IMG/VR virus record: IMGVR_UViG_3300027863_000019 | Span: 32,001 to 96,000 of that record | Direction: 5' to 3' (one strand) | DNA: 64,000 nucleotides | Origin: a virus | Shown here: one piece after another, positions 10,061-19,511 of the stretch | Layout of the letters: every line of letters begins with the position of its first letter | Position numbering within the stretch: the first letter of the stretch is position 1 | Position numbers and translations under genes: made by a program | The notes under the pieces: generated by a model | What the model saw: the letters and a program-made list of their open reading frames with translations, nothing else | What the model was told of the DNA's origin: nothing | Database searches by the model: none

Positions 10061-10543
10061 ATGAGCTTAAAATTTATTGGTAAGGTAGGACGTAATTTCG
10101 GTTACGGATTTAAAGTGGTTAGAAGAATTGATGACAATACATTCGCACCGTATTTCGAATATTTTTTAAGAGGTGGAGGAGGACCAACTGTATTACCAGA
10201 TAATCCAACACCTGAATTCATGCGGCGAATAGTTAAAACGAAAATTACATATCGGATGTTTGAGAAGGCAAGACTTCGACATCGTCGATTAACTCGAACG
10301 ATGGTTCCTCCAGAGAAGATTTATTTAGCAGGATTTCATCTTTGGAAGGATTTAGATTATGCTAAAGAGCGACTCGAAGTTTTAAAGATCTTCAGTCCAG
10401 AGTTAGATCTTGCGCTGGTCAAATGTAGCTGGTCACAACCAATAGCTGCTGATGACGATACAGTGGTAGTAAAATCGTTTACTCCACTGGAGGAAATCAC
10501 AACTCAGGAGGTTGTTCATGCTCAAGAAGAAGGCAGGCGGTAA
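10061..10543 (+). CDS. hypothetical protein
   Basis: 160 aa ORF. Confidence 0.65.
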   Translation: MSLKFIGKVGRNFGYGFKVVRRIDDNTFAPYFEYFLRGGGGPTVLPDNPTPEFMRRIVKTKITYRMFEKARLRHRRLTRTMVPPEKIYLAGFHLWKDLDYAKERLEVLKIFSPELDLALVKCSWSQPIAADDDTVVVKSFTPLEEITTQEVVHAQEEGRR

Positions 10544-10931
10544 GCGGTTTTGGTTTAGCTTAGATACTCCTTATAAGATGGCTATGGCTTGTAAGAGTAT
10601 CCGGCCGTATTTTACAGCTCATCAAATCGCAGAGGCAACTGGTCTCGCCTTTTCTCATGTCGCCAAAACGTTGCACGTGTGGAAGAACGCCGGCCTTATC
10701 GAAGATACCGGCATTGGCAAGCGCGGAGAAGGAAGGCAATCACCACCATTCTTTCTTTACTCCACCACTAAGGTCTTCGACGCTCGCTTGAAAGAAGCTA
10801 CCGCTAAGCGGCTTGCAACTTCTTCGAAAGTTGAAAAACCGGAGCTTGTAGAGACGATTCCTTCACTAGTGCTGGCTCACTTGAAGAAAATCTCTAAAAG
10901 CTTCCAAGAATTGGATAAGCTCATCGGGTAA
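10518..10931 (+). CDS. winged-helix DNA-binding protein
   Basis: FTAHQIAEATGLAFSHVAKTL HTH-like segment; aggagg before ATG 10518. Confidence 0.6.
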   Translation: MLKKKAGGKRFWFSLDTPYKMAMACKSIRPYFTAHQIAEATGLAFSHVAKTLHVWKNAGLIEDTGIGKRGEGRQSPPFFLYSTTKVFDARLKEATAKRLATSSKVEKPELVETIPSLVLAHLKKISKSFQELDKLIG

Positions 10932-10934
10932 CAC

Positions 10935-11345
10935 TTGTTATACTTAGTACACGCCTGCACACGTCAAGTTGGAGACAGAATCATTAGCCTTTGTGGCGGA
11001 TGGTGCTGCTACAAGTTGGACTTTAGTCAATTTCCAAACGGAAGGTGGTTTGGAGAGCATTGTTCCTCCCTCATCGACGGGATATGCTCAGACTATGAAA
11101 CACGTCCCTTGGCGTGTGTAGGTGCTCCATTTTACGACGGAAGCTTTGAAGAATACCCACCGAATAAGTTTATTGTTCCGTGGTGTTGTTTTCGTAAGCC
11201 GATCCTTGATAGGTTTGGTATCCCATATGAAATCTTACCAACCGGCGATGATTGTATTATCGCTTATACTGAACAAGGTTTAGGTGATTTCGAAAGATGG
11301 CAAGCAAGAAGGTTTTACCAGAAGCAGACAATATTTTGGGAATAA
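10935..11345 (+). CDS. YkgJ-like cysteine-cluster protein
   Basis: CGGWCC, C..YETRPLAC. Confidence 0.7.
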   Translation: MLYLVHACTRQVGDRIISLCGGWCCYKLDFSQFPNGRWFGEHCSSLIDGICSDYETRPLACVGAPFYDGSFEEYPPNKFIVPWCCFRKPILDRFGIPYEILPTGDDCIIAYTEQGLGDFERWQARRFYQKQTIFWE

Positions 11346-11372
11346 GACAAATTTTGTTTAGGATTAACTCAC

Positions 11373-11735
11373 ATGAAATGGGACGACGTAAAAGACCAAT
11401 TCTTTCAAGCAGCCGACAGGCTGAACGCGAATGTCGACTACATTACCAGAGTCGGACAGGCATTTGAAGACTTAGTAAAAATTCTTTACGAGAGAGAACC
11501 GAACTCTTGTATTGATCAAATCAATAAAGATGCGGAAGTAATCGGACAGATCTTCACTGTTGAAGATCCCGAGAAAGTACCTGTTGATGCAATTAATGCA
11601 TCGTCTCAAGCTCTCACCAACACTCAGAAGTTTCTTTTTACCTTTCTTCGAGTAGCAGCTTTTTTTCAAGCTCATACTGCATCGGGAGCGGATCCCTCAG
11701 ACTTTACGATGCCGCCGGATGCAAAGGTACACTAA
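11373..11735 (+). CDS. hypothetical protein
   Basis: 120 aa ORF. Confidence 0.6.
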   Translation: MKWDDVKDQFFQAADRLNANVDYITRVGQAFEDLVKILYEREPNSCIDQINKDAEVIGQIFTVEDPEKVPVDAINASSQALTNTQKFLFTFLRVAAFFQAHTASGADPSDFTMPPDAKVH

Positions 11736-11737
11736 TC

Positions 11738-12166
11738 ATGTCCTTTAAAGTTTATGTAACTTGCCCTCGCTGTTTTAAAACAGTGGAGACGAAGCTCTCG
11801 GCTTTCTTTGGAGAAGGAAAGACTGAAGTTGAAGGATTTTGTACTTCGTGCTGTAAGCCTTTTATCTTCTCCGCAAGTTTCAGTACTGCGCTAGTTGACC
11901 AAGTTAAAATTCACAAAGCAGATGATTTACAGGTGTCTGCGGCTTTTAAAAATTTCGACAAGGCCCAACCTCGGCGCGAACAAAACAAGCGAATTAGGAT
12001 GTGGCGGACGATCGCTTCGGCTTGTAAGAGAATGAAACGAGTCGTTGATTTGATCGCAGGGGAAGTTCCTGCATGTGCACAACAGATGGAATTACTCCAC
12101 AACCACGTTAAGTATACTCGCGCGAGGTTAAAAGCTGAAGGAGTAATTTCAGATGGCAAAGGGTGA
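11738..12166 (+). CDS. Zn-ribbon protein (paralog of 12855)
   Basis: VTCPRC...FFGEG...FCTSC. Confidence 0.6.
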   Translation: MSFKVYVTCPRCFKTVETKLSAFFGEGKTEVEGFCTSCCKPFIFSASFSTALVDQVKIHKADDLQVSAAFKNFDKAQPRREQNKRIRMWRTIASACKRMKRVVDLIAGEVPACAQQMELLHNHVKYTRARLKAEGVISDGKG

Positions 12167-12848
12167 AGATATCGTAAAGATCCTTATGGATCATGAAGGC
12201 GATGAATATATCTTTGGGGCGTTGACTCCGGTTGGTGCAGAAGATCCTCACGTCTTCGATTGTAGTAAGTTTGTTTCTTGGGGTGTTTATCAAGCATCCA
12301 AAATTATCTACGGTTGTGAGAATGATGATGGTGATCCCATGTCGCAATATGGTGGAACCATTTATTGGGGCCGTGATGTTAAAACAAAGGGAAAAGCCAT
12401 CTCTATCGAACAAGCAGCTGGGATTCCTGGAGCAGCTCTGCTAAGATTAGCTTCAGGTAGTGAATATGGTCATATCGTAGTAAGTCAAGGAAACGGTAAA
12501 ACGATTGAAGCTGCAAGTCACTCGTTAGGCGTAGTACAGTTATCTGTACATAATCGTCGTTGGACAACTGGAGTTCTTGTTCCTGGAATTCAGTATGATA
12601 CTTCATACTCCCCAGTTCCAGTAACTCCACATGGTGTAGTTTATCATATTGGAATGACGGATCCCGCGATTGCGAAGATCCAAGAATTCTTGAAAGTTAC
12701 TCCCGCGAGTGGAATTTTTGGTCCTAAGACTGAACAAGCGGTTATGAACTTTCAAAAGAATTACGTCGATCCAGCTGGTAAGTTACATCTAATCGTAGAT
12801 GGTGAAGTTGGTCCTCTAACTCTTCAAGCAATGGGTATCACTGTTTAA
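12153..12848 (+). CDS. endolysin: NlpC/P60 peptidase + peptidoglycan-binding domain
   Basis: FDCS catalytic Cys, GHIV...TIEA; C-terminal GIFGPKTEQAV..FQ...VDGEVGPLT. Confidence 0.85.
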   Translation: MAKGEDIVKILMDHEGDEYIFGALTPVGAEDPHVFDCSKFVSWGVYQASKIIYGCENDDGDPMSQYGGTIYWGRDVKTKGKAISIEQAAGIPGAALLRLASGSEYGHIVVSQGNGKTIEAASHSLGVVQLSVHNRRWTTGVLVPGIQYDTSYSPVPVTPHGVVYHIGMTDPAIAKIQEFLKVTPASGIFGPKTEQAVMNFQKNYVDPAGKLHLIVDGEVGPLTLQAMGITV

Positions 12849-12854
12849 ACATCA

Positions 12855-13403
12855 ATGGCTAGAACATTCTCGAAGGGTTTCGAACTCACAGGATTTAGAG
12901 CTCGAAACCCTTTAGATCCTTCTATGACCCTATTCCTTGTAGTCAAGTGTCCTAATTGTCAAAGGTTAATAAGGTTCTCATTGAACGGTATATTTGGTGA
13001 AGGTTGGTCCATGAGAACCTTTTTCTGTAAAGGGTGCAATCAAACTCACGCAATCACGATGTTCTTTGAATCGAAGACAGGAACAGTATTAAGTGACACT
13101 GCTAATTATACTAATCTAACTGAATCTCTTCTTAGGGCGAGTGGATCACGCCAACTTCATAAAGCCCATTCGCTTTTGCCAGGTCAAGTGAGATTAGATG
13201 ATCCTGCTAAGATGTTAGGTTATCCAACTGCAACGCTCGCAAAGTTTCTATCTATCTATGTAAAAACATTTGAAAAGCATGTAAATAGCACCATTTGGGA
13301 AAAGAAGCTTCATCCTATCGAAGTAGAGAGCCTCAAGATGATCAGTAGTATTTTACTATGCATGAAAAATATGCTGAAAAAATTTACCGGGGAGGAACCT
13401 TAA
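12855..13403 (+). CDS. Zn-ribbon protein (paralog of 11738)
   Basis: VKCPNC...IFGEG...FCKGC. Confidence 0.6.
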   Translation: MARTFSKGFELTGFRARNPLDPSMTLFLVVKCPNCQRLIRFSLNGIFGEGWSMRTFFCKGCNQTHAITMFFESKTGTVLSDTANYTNLTESLLRASGSRQLHKAHSLLPGQVRLDDPAKMLGYPTATLAKFLSIYVKTFEKHVNSTIWEKKLHPIEVESLKMISSILLCMKNMLKKFTGEEP

Positions 13404-13404
13404 A

Positions 13405-13650
13405 ATGGGACTTCAGTTAACAATGAATGTTCAATATGATCCAAATATAGACATTTACTTTATCAATGGTGCTAGTAGCGAGATCTTCGAGAAGATGGAT
13501 ACCGCCGATCCTATAGCAGATCATTTAAAGTTTATGGAACTTCAAGGGCAGAAATTCAATGACTTGAAATATCTACTTGAATTACTAAAGTCGTTTGGAT
13601 TTCAATACATTATCCGTGGAAAGCGTGCGGCAGATAAATTGATTTGCTAA
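13405..13650 (+). CDS. hypothetical protein
   Basis: ORF with ggagg RBS. Confidence 0.6.
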   Translation: MGLQLTMNVQYDPNIDIYFINGASSEIFEKMDTADPIADHLKFMELQGQKFNDLKYLLELLKSFGFQYIIRGKRAADKLIC

Positions 13651-13662
13651 TTCAAAGGAGTC

Positions 13663-13692
13663 TTGCTTCGAAATACCATCTCAAGTTATAAT
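13663..13692 (+). promoter_or_regulatory. sigma70-like promoter
   Basis: TTGCTT-18 nt-TATAAT upstream of sigma factor gene. Confidence 0.5.
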
Positions 13693-13734
13693 ACTCTCAT
13701 CGATTGACAAATTCGAGGTGGGAGGAATCCTGCG

Positions 13735-14325
13735 GTGACAGCAAAGACGCATGATGAATTGGTATTAGAAAATCGCGGCTTTGTTTATGACATGGCCAAG
13801 AACTACTCTTCGAGTGGAGTTCCATTTAATGATCTTGTGAACGCTGGAATGTTGGGCTTAGTAATTGCAGCGAAGAAGTACGATGAGAAACGCGAAGTAA
13901 AGTTTATCTCCTTTGCTACTTGTTGGGTCCAACATGAAATGATAAAAGTTATTCGCGAGACAAGATTTCCTTGTCGCGTTCCTTTAAACCTTAACAAAGT
14001 TATTAATCAAGCAAGACGCGGGGAGCTCGAAGATAATGATCCAACATTAGTAGATATCATGCCTCTATTAAAGACTCCGGAGGCGTTACAGCTTAATGAC
14101 ACTGTAACATTTGGTCAAGGAGTTGTAGATAAGGTAAGTATCCGACAAGCTCTTGAGGCTGTGGATTATAGAACGCGTGAAATGATTAAGATGTTATTTG
14201 GGATTGATAGAAATGATTCTTGCAACATCCCAGAAATATCTGAAGCGTTTCATCTTTCAAAACAACGAGTCCGGAACATTATCAAAGCCGGACTCGTTAT
14301 CATCAAGAAAACCTTGGAAAGATAG
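13735..14325 (+). CDS. sigma-70 family RNA polymerase sigma factor
   Basis: Region 2 DLVNAGMLGLVIAAKKYD...KFISFATCWV; region 4 HTH SKQRVRNI. Confidence 0.9.
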   Translation: MTAKTHDELVLENRGFVYDMAKNYSSSGVPFNDLVNAGMLGLVIAAKKYDEKREVKFISFATCWVQHEMIKVIRETRFPCRVPLNLNKVINQARRGELEDNDPTLVDIMPLLKTPEALQLNDTVTFGQGVVDKVSIRQALEAVDYRTREMIKMLFGIDRNDSCNIPEISEAFHLSKQRVRNIIKAGLVIIKKTLER

Positions 14326-14327
14326 TT

Positions 14328-14504
14328 ATGAGAATCTGCGATCACTGTCACGGTAAAGGAAAGTTTGAGGCGCATGATCTTGAGTATGAAGGTAAAACTA
14401 TTCATGTGCCTGAACTAAAATGTCATGCTTGTGATGGTAAAGGTTATATCGTTGCGCCTCAAATGGGTGAAGGCCATCCTCCAGTCATAGGGTGCAAACT
14501 ATGA
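14328..14504 (+). CDS. small DnaJ-type zinc-finger protein (58 aa)
   Basis: Manual translation: CDHCHGKG...CHACDGKG. Confidence 0.65.
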   Translation: MRICDHCHGKGKFEAHDLEYEGKTIHVPELKCHACDGKGYIVAPQMGEGHPPVIGCKL

Positions 14505-14647
14505 GATTTCTAACAACTCATGACAAATTTAGTTTCGTAAAGAGCGGTCTACGTATTGTAGGCTGTCTTTGTCTTTGGTGGTCAACCTCAATGTTTATTG
14601 TCTTTATGGTAGCGGCTGAAGTCCTAGGAATTATGGAAGAATTATAA
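14501..14647 (+). CDS. small membrane protein (48 aa)
   Basis: Manual translation MRFLTTHDKFSFVKSGLRIVG...AEVLGIMEEL; ATGA overlap with upstream gene, TAATG with downstream gene. Confidence 0.55.
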   Translation: MRFLTTHDKFSFVKSGLRIVGCLCLWWSTSMFIVFMVAAEVLGIMEEL

Positions 14648-14913
14648 TGATAAAGAATTCAGATATTCCAATCGTATACCCAAAACGTGAAGTAGCCAAG
14701 ATCTTTCGGATTTCAGTTAAACGATTGAATGTCTTAATCAATGAAGGGTCGATCAAAGTAATCGATCTTGCAGGAAAGATTTTAATTCCAAGAAGTGAGA
14801 TTGAAAGAATTCTCGGCGCTGATCTACGTTATGTAGATCTATCTGGACTTGGAGTTAGAATTAAAAGAAAAACCTTACCTGTGAAGACGGGTGAAATACG
14901 CGTGCTAAAATAA
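14647..14913 (+). CDS. excisionase-like HTH DNA-binding protein
   Basis: EVAKIFRIS...GSIKVI..GKILIPRSEI. Confidence 0.75.
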   Translation: MIKNSDIPIVYPKREVAKIFRISVKRLNVLINEGSIKVIDLAGKILIPRSEIERILGADLRYVDLSGLGVRIKRKTLPVKTGEIRVLK

Positions 14914-15013
14914 AGAGTTACCGCCCTAGATGCAGTTTTGTTGTTAATTGTTTATGGTCTAAAGAATGTCACGCATGGTGTACGCATTGCGAGATAAAAT
15001 TAATTCAACCTTT

Positions 15014-15043
15014 TTGCTGACTGTAATAACTTGTGAATATAAT
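15014..15043 (+). promoter_or_regulatory. sigma70-like promoter
   Basis: TTGCTG-18 nt-TATAAT, same architecture as 13663. Confidence 0.5.
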
Positions 15044-15070
15044 CCAGCTTAATGTCTAGGGTATCAGAGA

Positions 15071-15289
15071 GTGATAGAAAGTACGCCCATCTATGGATGG
15101 ATGTGTCCAAGATGCAATAGATTAATAACAACAATCGAATCTTGGCCAGCTCAAACTGATCAATGCCGTTTGTATTGTCAAAGATGTAACATAAAGGTTG
15201 TGATTAAGACTCATGACCTTTGTGATGCGTGTGATGCAAGAGTTGAATGCTTGGGATTGTCTCAAGCAATTAGAAAATTACTGGATTAA
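15071..15289 (+). CDS. Cys-rich Zn-ribbon protein (paralog family A)
   Basis: CPRC, CQRC, CDACDARVECL. Confidence 0.6.
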   Translation: MIESTPIYGWMCPRCNRLITTIESWPAQTDQCRLYCQRCNIKVVIKTHDLCDACDARVECLGLSQAIRKLLD

Positions 15290-15293
15290 TAAA

Positions 15294-16664
15294 ATGAGTA
15301 ACTTTAAAGTACACATTGAGAATTCGTGGAGTTATATTAGGGGAAGTGAATCCCTGCCTGCCGATTTTCTCAAGCTCTTATCTTATATAGATAAACAACA
15401 AACCTTTAAGTCCTATGCCTGGTCTGGCGTTTATGATCCAGTTAGAAAGTATTTAATCAATCGTCGTAATAAAGCATTCCCGACAGGACTCCTACCAATC
15501 GTCCAAGCAAACTTTCCTAATTGGGAATATCTTGATGAGAGAGAAAAGCCCGATGTAGAATGGCAACCATTTCCAAAAGAGATGGAATATAAAGAAGGAC
15601 ATCAAGCAGCAGCATTACGGAAAATGATTGAAATGGAACGAGGTACTATTGAAGGTATCACGGCCATGGGAAAGAGTTACCTTGAAGCGGGATTCGCTTC
15701 AGTCTTCGAACATCCAGTCTTAATTATATCTCACCGAAAAGAAATAGCTAAAAACATTTTAGAAAAGTGTCAAGACATTGTTGGAAACGGCGATGTGGGA
15801 TGTGTCTTTGCAAATAAAGTAAAACCAAATCGAGTTACAGTTGGGATGATTGGATCTCTAGCTGCTCGTATGGATAGTCTAAAAGATTGGATGAGTAAGA
15901 TCAGAGCAATTCTGGTCGATGAATCTCATCACTGTTCTGTAGGTTCTCAATACTTTACGTTTATCCAAGCATGTAAAAATGCTTATTATCGTTACGGATT
16001 AACAGCTTCACCGTGGAGAGAGCAAGGAGATACATTATCGATCTTTGCTTTAACTGGTCCTGTTATCTTTACTTATCCATATGCTCAAGCGTTGCAAGAA
16101 GGAGTTGTAGTTCCGATCGAAGTTTATATGTCGATGGTTCCTTCTAATATTCAAATGCCCATTCTGAATACTTTTGGAATAGTTTATCAGAAGGGCGTCG
16201 TACAGAATGAACATCGAAATAAACAAGTCTCGAAAATTGTAAACCATCTTTATAAGAAAGGAGAGAATGTTTTAGTCTTGGTTTGGCAAGTGGAGCACGG
16301 AAGACTTCTCAGTGAACTACTAACTGATGTTCCTCATGAGTACATTCATGGATCGTCTACGAATAGGGAGAGCGCTAAGGAATCTTTTGAGCGAGGAGAC
16401 AATCAAATTTTGATCGCCTCATCAATCTATGATGAAGGTGTAGATATCGAACGCGTGCAAAACGTCGTTGTAGCCGCAGGATATAAAGCTCCCAGGCTTT
16501 TAATTCAAAGAGTTGGCAGAGGGATGAGACCATCTGAAGGTAAAGATAAGTGTCGCGTTTTCGACTTCTTTGACACCTGCCATACGAGCTTACAGAAGCA
16601 TTCTCAGGAACGGTTAAAATTCTATAAGAAGATGGGATTTAAAGTTTCGGAATTACATTTATAG
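15294..16664 (+). CDS. superfamily 2 DNA helicase (UvsW-like)
   Basis: TAMGKS, DESH, TAS, QRVGRGMR motifs. Confidence 0.9.
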   Translation: MSNFKVHIENSWSYIRGSESLPADFLKLLSYIDKQQTFKSYAWSGVYDPVRKYLINRRNKAFPTGLLPIVQANFPNWEYLDEREKPDVEWQPFPKEMEYKEGHQAAALRKMIEMERGTIEGITAMGKSYLEAGFASVFEHPVLIISHRKEIAKNILEKCQDIVGNGDVGCVFANKVKPNRVTVGMIGSLAARMDSLKDWMSKIRAILVDESHHCSVGSQYFTFIQACKNAYYRYGLTASPWREQGDTLSIFALTGPVIFTYPYAQALQEGVVVPIEVYMSMVPSNIQMPILNTFGIVYQKGVVQNEHRNKQVSKIVNHLYKKGENVLVLVWQVEHGRLLSELLTDVPHEYIHGSSTNRESAKESFERGDNQILIASSIYDEGVDIERVQNVVVAAGYKAPRLLIQRVGRGMRPSEGKDKCRVFDFFDTCHTSLQKHSQERLKFYKKMGFKVSELHL

Positions 16665-16734
16665 GATTTTGACAAATTGGTTTGTGAATCAAGAATTCAC
16701 GTTGTAAACTTCTCTCTAAGGGGTTTTATCGTTC

Positions 16735-17703
16735 ATGAGATCATCGCAAGAGCTGCTCGAACGTTTTGCCGAAATTTTAAGAATATATCAAATCACAAGT
16801 TCCACAGAGTACGATAATTTAAAGATCGAAAACAAGCCCGCCAGAGGTACGCTATCTAAAATCTTCGGGAGTTGGGCAGATGCACTAAACGCAGCAATGA
16901 ATCTTCAGAGTGAGAAGGTTGATGTCTCAATCCTGAAGAAGCAATTAGAAGAACTCACTCGCTCAATCCATACTCCGCAGCTTCATCTTTCTGGTGAAAA
17001 AATCTCGCTCGGTATCCTATCTGATACTCATATGGGAAGTCGATTCGCAGATCTGGGATTACTGGATTTCGCATATGAGACTTTCGCTGACTTCGGAATC
17101 GAGACGGTCCTACACGCTGGAGACATCCTAGACGGTCAACGAATGTATAAAGGTCAAGAGTTTGAGCTCGACAAATTCGGCGCAGATACTCAAGTTGAAT
17201 TCTGCATTAATCGTTATCCGCGAAAAGAAGGTATCACGACTTACTTCATTGATGGGAATCATGATCGTTCGTTCTGGAAGGATGCCGGAAATAATACAGG
17301 TAAAAAAATTTCACAAGCTAGAGACGACATGGTTTATCTAGGATACCAGGAAGCAGAAGTTGTTCTTGGCGATCCAGATAATGGAAAGAAAGCAACTGCA
17401 AGAATCTTTCATGGTGAAGATGGATCTGCTTATGCGATCAGTTATCGCCCTCAAAGATATCTTACTGAATTACCTGGGAAATCAAAACCCGATATGTTGA
17501 TCTTAGGGCACTACCATAAAGCAGAAATCCTTTACTATCAAGGGGTTATTGCAGTGCAAGCAGGTACAACTCAACGTCAAACACCCTTCATGAGAGGGAG
17601 AAGAATTAGTGCAGCTTTAGGATTTTGGATTGTTAATATGACAATTAATGAAAATGGAATAGCGAGAATTGGATTCGAATTCTTTCCCGCGGATCCTAGA
17701 TAG
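16735..17703 (+). CDS. calcineurin-like metallophosphoesterase
   Basis: DTH, GD, GNHD, GHYH motifs; N-terminal FGSW repeat-like segment. Confidence 0.85.
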   Translation: MRSSQELLERFAEILRIYQITSSTEYDNLKIENKPARGTLSKIFGSWADALNAAMNLQSEKVDVSILKKQLEELTRSIHTPQLHLSGEKISLGILSDTHMGSRFADLGLLDFAYETFADFGIETVLHAGDILDGQRMYKGQEFELDKFGADTQVEFCINRYPRKEGITTYFIDGNHDRSFWKDAGNNTGKKISQARDDMVYLGYQEAEVVLGDPDNGKKATARIFHGEDGSAYAISYRPQRYLTELPGKSKPDMLILGHYHKAEILYYQGVIAVQAGTTQRQTPFMRGRRISAALGFWIVNMTINENGIARIGFEFFPADPR

Positions 17704-17707
17704 TGGA

Positions 17708-17821
17708 ATGAGCGATAGTTTTTTTTTTCAACGTATTGACTCCGAAGAAAAAGCATACTGGCTCGGTTTTATTTATGCGGATGGTTGTCCCCGTAAGGGA
17801 AAACGCTCAAAATTTTTATAA
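17708..17821 (+). pseudogene. LAGLIDADG homing endonuclease remnant (37 aa)
   Basis: FFQRIDSEEKAYWLGFIYADGC, stop 10 codons later. Confidence 0.75.
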
Positions 17822-17871
17822 GAAGGCAAGTCGCACAAATTAATGATTGAATTTTTCCCGGTAGGATCGTA

Positions 17872-18120
17872 ATGGTCATTTCAATTATCTCTTGGAAGAA
17901 TACATGGCGCGTGAAGAAGCGCGGAGCTCAGCGCGCCATGAAAGTTTTTAAAACTCTTAAAGATGCTGAAGTCTATGCTAAGGGTTTAAAAGACGTCGAA
18001 GAGATTTTCATTCACCGTAAAGATGGATCCGTTGCAAGACGTATTACAATTTTAATCGAAGAAGGGAGAAAGACTACCGTTATCGATTTCTTTTCAAAGG
18101 AGTCCACAAATGGAATCTAA
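17872..18120 (+). CDS. DUF2188-like protein
   Basis: WRVKKRGAQRA..F.T..DA...A...IHRKDG. Confidence 0.7.
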   Translation: MVISIISWKNTWRVKKRGAQRAMKVFKTLKDAEVYAKGLKDVEEIFIHRKDGSVARRITILIEEGRKTTVIDFFSKESTNGI

Positions 18121-18343
18121 ATCACTATTCGGAATCCTTTGGGACTTCGTTAAAAGTCTTTGGGGTTGGTTTTCAGCTCGTAAGAAAGAACAACAAGCTG
18201 AACGCGAACAACTAAACGAACAAACAGAAACTAAAGTCCAAGAGGATATTCAGAAGGTTGATGAACAACACAAAGAAAAGCAAGATGAAATCAATAACCT
18301 TAAAACTGGCAATGATATCGCTAACAGCTTTAATAAGCTTTAG
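18110..18343 (+). CDS. putative i-spanin-like protein
   Basis: Hydrophobic N-terminus + coiled coil; overlaps a lipoprotein gene. Confidence 0.45.
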   Translation: MESKSLFGILWDFVKSLWGWFSARKKEQQAEREQLNEQTETKVQEDIQKVDEQHKEKQDEINNLKTGNDIANSFNKL

Positions 18344-18599
18344 TTGTGCGAGTGTTCCTACTAAACCAACATACGTTTCAAAGAATGTGGTTCAGTTTGA
18401 GCATGTATTAAAACCCGAGAAGATTGGGGATCTTAATGCGTTCTCACTAGTAGATCCTAAGTATGGGACAATCGTTTGCTTTACGGCTGAGAAGGCTAAG
18501 AAGTTACGCCTCTATATCGATCAGCAAGATCAAGCTATCGATAGAGCCAACGTAATTATCAATAATGCAAACGCTTACATCAAATCACTCAATAAGTGA
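18285..18599 (+). CDS. lipoprotein, putative o-spanin-like
   Basis: Signal peptide MKSITLK...ISFSC lipobox-like; Pro-containing then coiled coil. Confidence 0.5.
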   Translation: MKSITLKLAMISLTALISFSCASVPTKPTYVSKNVVQFEHVLKPEKIGDLNAFSLVDPKYGTIVCFTAEKAKKLRLYIDQQDQAIDRANVIINNANAYIKSLNK

Positions 18600-18864
18600 T
18601 CAGCCAGTAACTTTAATTAAATTATCTGTCACTTGTCCCATTTGTGGGTGGTATTACTCTGGTCATTTAAGGTTCCCGGAACCACCCTACTGTAACGATA
18701 AACAGTGTACTGGATGTAAAACAATTTTTAAGGTGAGATATAAGCTCTCATCTGAAGTCTGCGACGAGTGTAATCATAAGTTAAGATGCTTATCAATGCC
18801 CGTTGCAGATGTCAAAGAAAATATTCAACACGCGATGTTAGGAGATATAAATTGGAGTACATAG
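18565..18864 (+). CDS. Cys-rich Zn-ribbon protein (paralog family A)
   Basis: CPIC, CTGC, CDECNHKLRCL; start uncertain. Confidence 0.6.
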   Translation: MQTLTSNHSISDQPVTLIKLSVTCPICGWYYSGHLRFPEPPYCNDKQCTGCKTIFKVRYKLSSEVCDECNHKLRCLSMPVADVKENIQHAMLGDINWST

Positions 18865-19499
18865 TAATTGACTGTGAGCACTGTGGCGGTTGGTGCTGTA
18901 AGAGTCTCAATCGATCTGGCGTCGAACGTTCATACTGGATTAGTCTTAAACCTGATGAAGTAATCGAACTGAATCCTTGGATTCCAGTAAATATGTCTTT
19001 GGATAAGTACGACTTTTGTAAGTGTCAGCACCTTGATATTCATGGTCTTTGTAAATTCTATACTTATCGAGATGAAGCATGTAGAAATTATCCAAACTTG
19101 GAATTCTTCTTTATGGAATATCTCGAAGGTGATGCTGAGTTCTATGTCCCTTTCTGTACCTATCGATCATATATTTTACAAGCAAAGAATATTCCGTTTG
19201 AGGTGTGTTTAACTGGGGAAGAATGTCAACAAAAGTATTTAGAGCAATTTCGTTCTACTCCTGAAGATGCACTACAATTTCATGGATCTAAAATTTTATT
19301 GTATCAAGCTGGATATAGTTGTCATCAAATTGCAAAGTTAATTAAGTCTACATATTATGACGTTTACAAAGATCTTAAAAAGAGTGGAATTTTTCAATCC
19401 CAATCCCCAGCTCGTTTGAATCGGGCATCTTTTAACCGGCTCTCTAAAAAGCCCTCTGAAGCTGAGGGAGCATTCACAAAGAAAGCGGCTGATTTTTGA
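18852..19499 (+). CDS. YkgJ-like cysteine-cluster protein with HTH/IS-derived tail
   Basis: CEHCGGWCC, C.HL...LC..Y..R..AC; TTG start after aggag. Confidence 0.65.
   Translation: MEYIVIDCEHCGGWCCKSLNRSGVERSYWISLKPDEVIELNPWIPVNMSLDKYDFCKCQHLDIHGLCKFYTYRDEACRNYPNLEFFFMEYLEGDAEFYVPFCTYRSYILQAKNIPFEVCLTGEECQQKYLEQFRSTPEDALQFHGSKILLYQAGYSCHQIAKLIKSTYYDVYKDLKKSGIFQSQSPARLNRASFNRLSKKPSEAEGAFTKKAADF
19436..19477 (+). mobile_element. IS200/IS605 right-end repeat (copy 2)
   Basis: ctctctaaaaagccctctgaagctgagggagcattcac. Confidence 0.7.
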
Positions 19500-19511
19500 G
19501 ACAATAATCAA

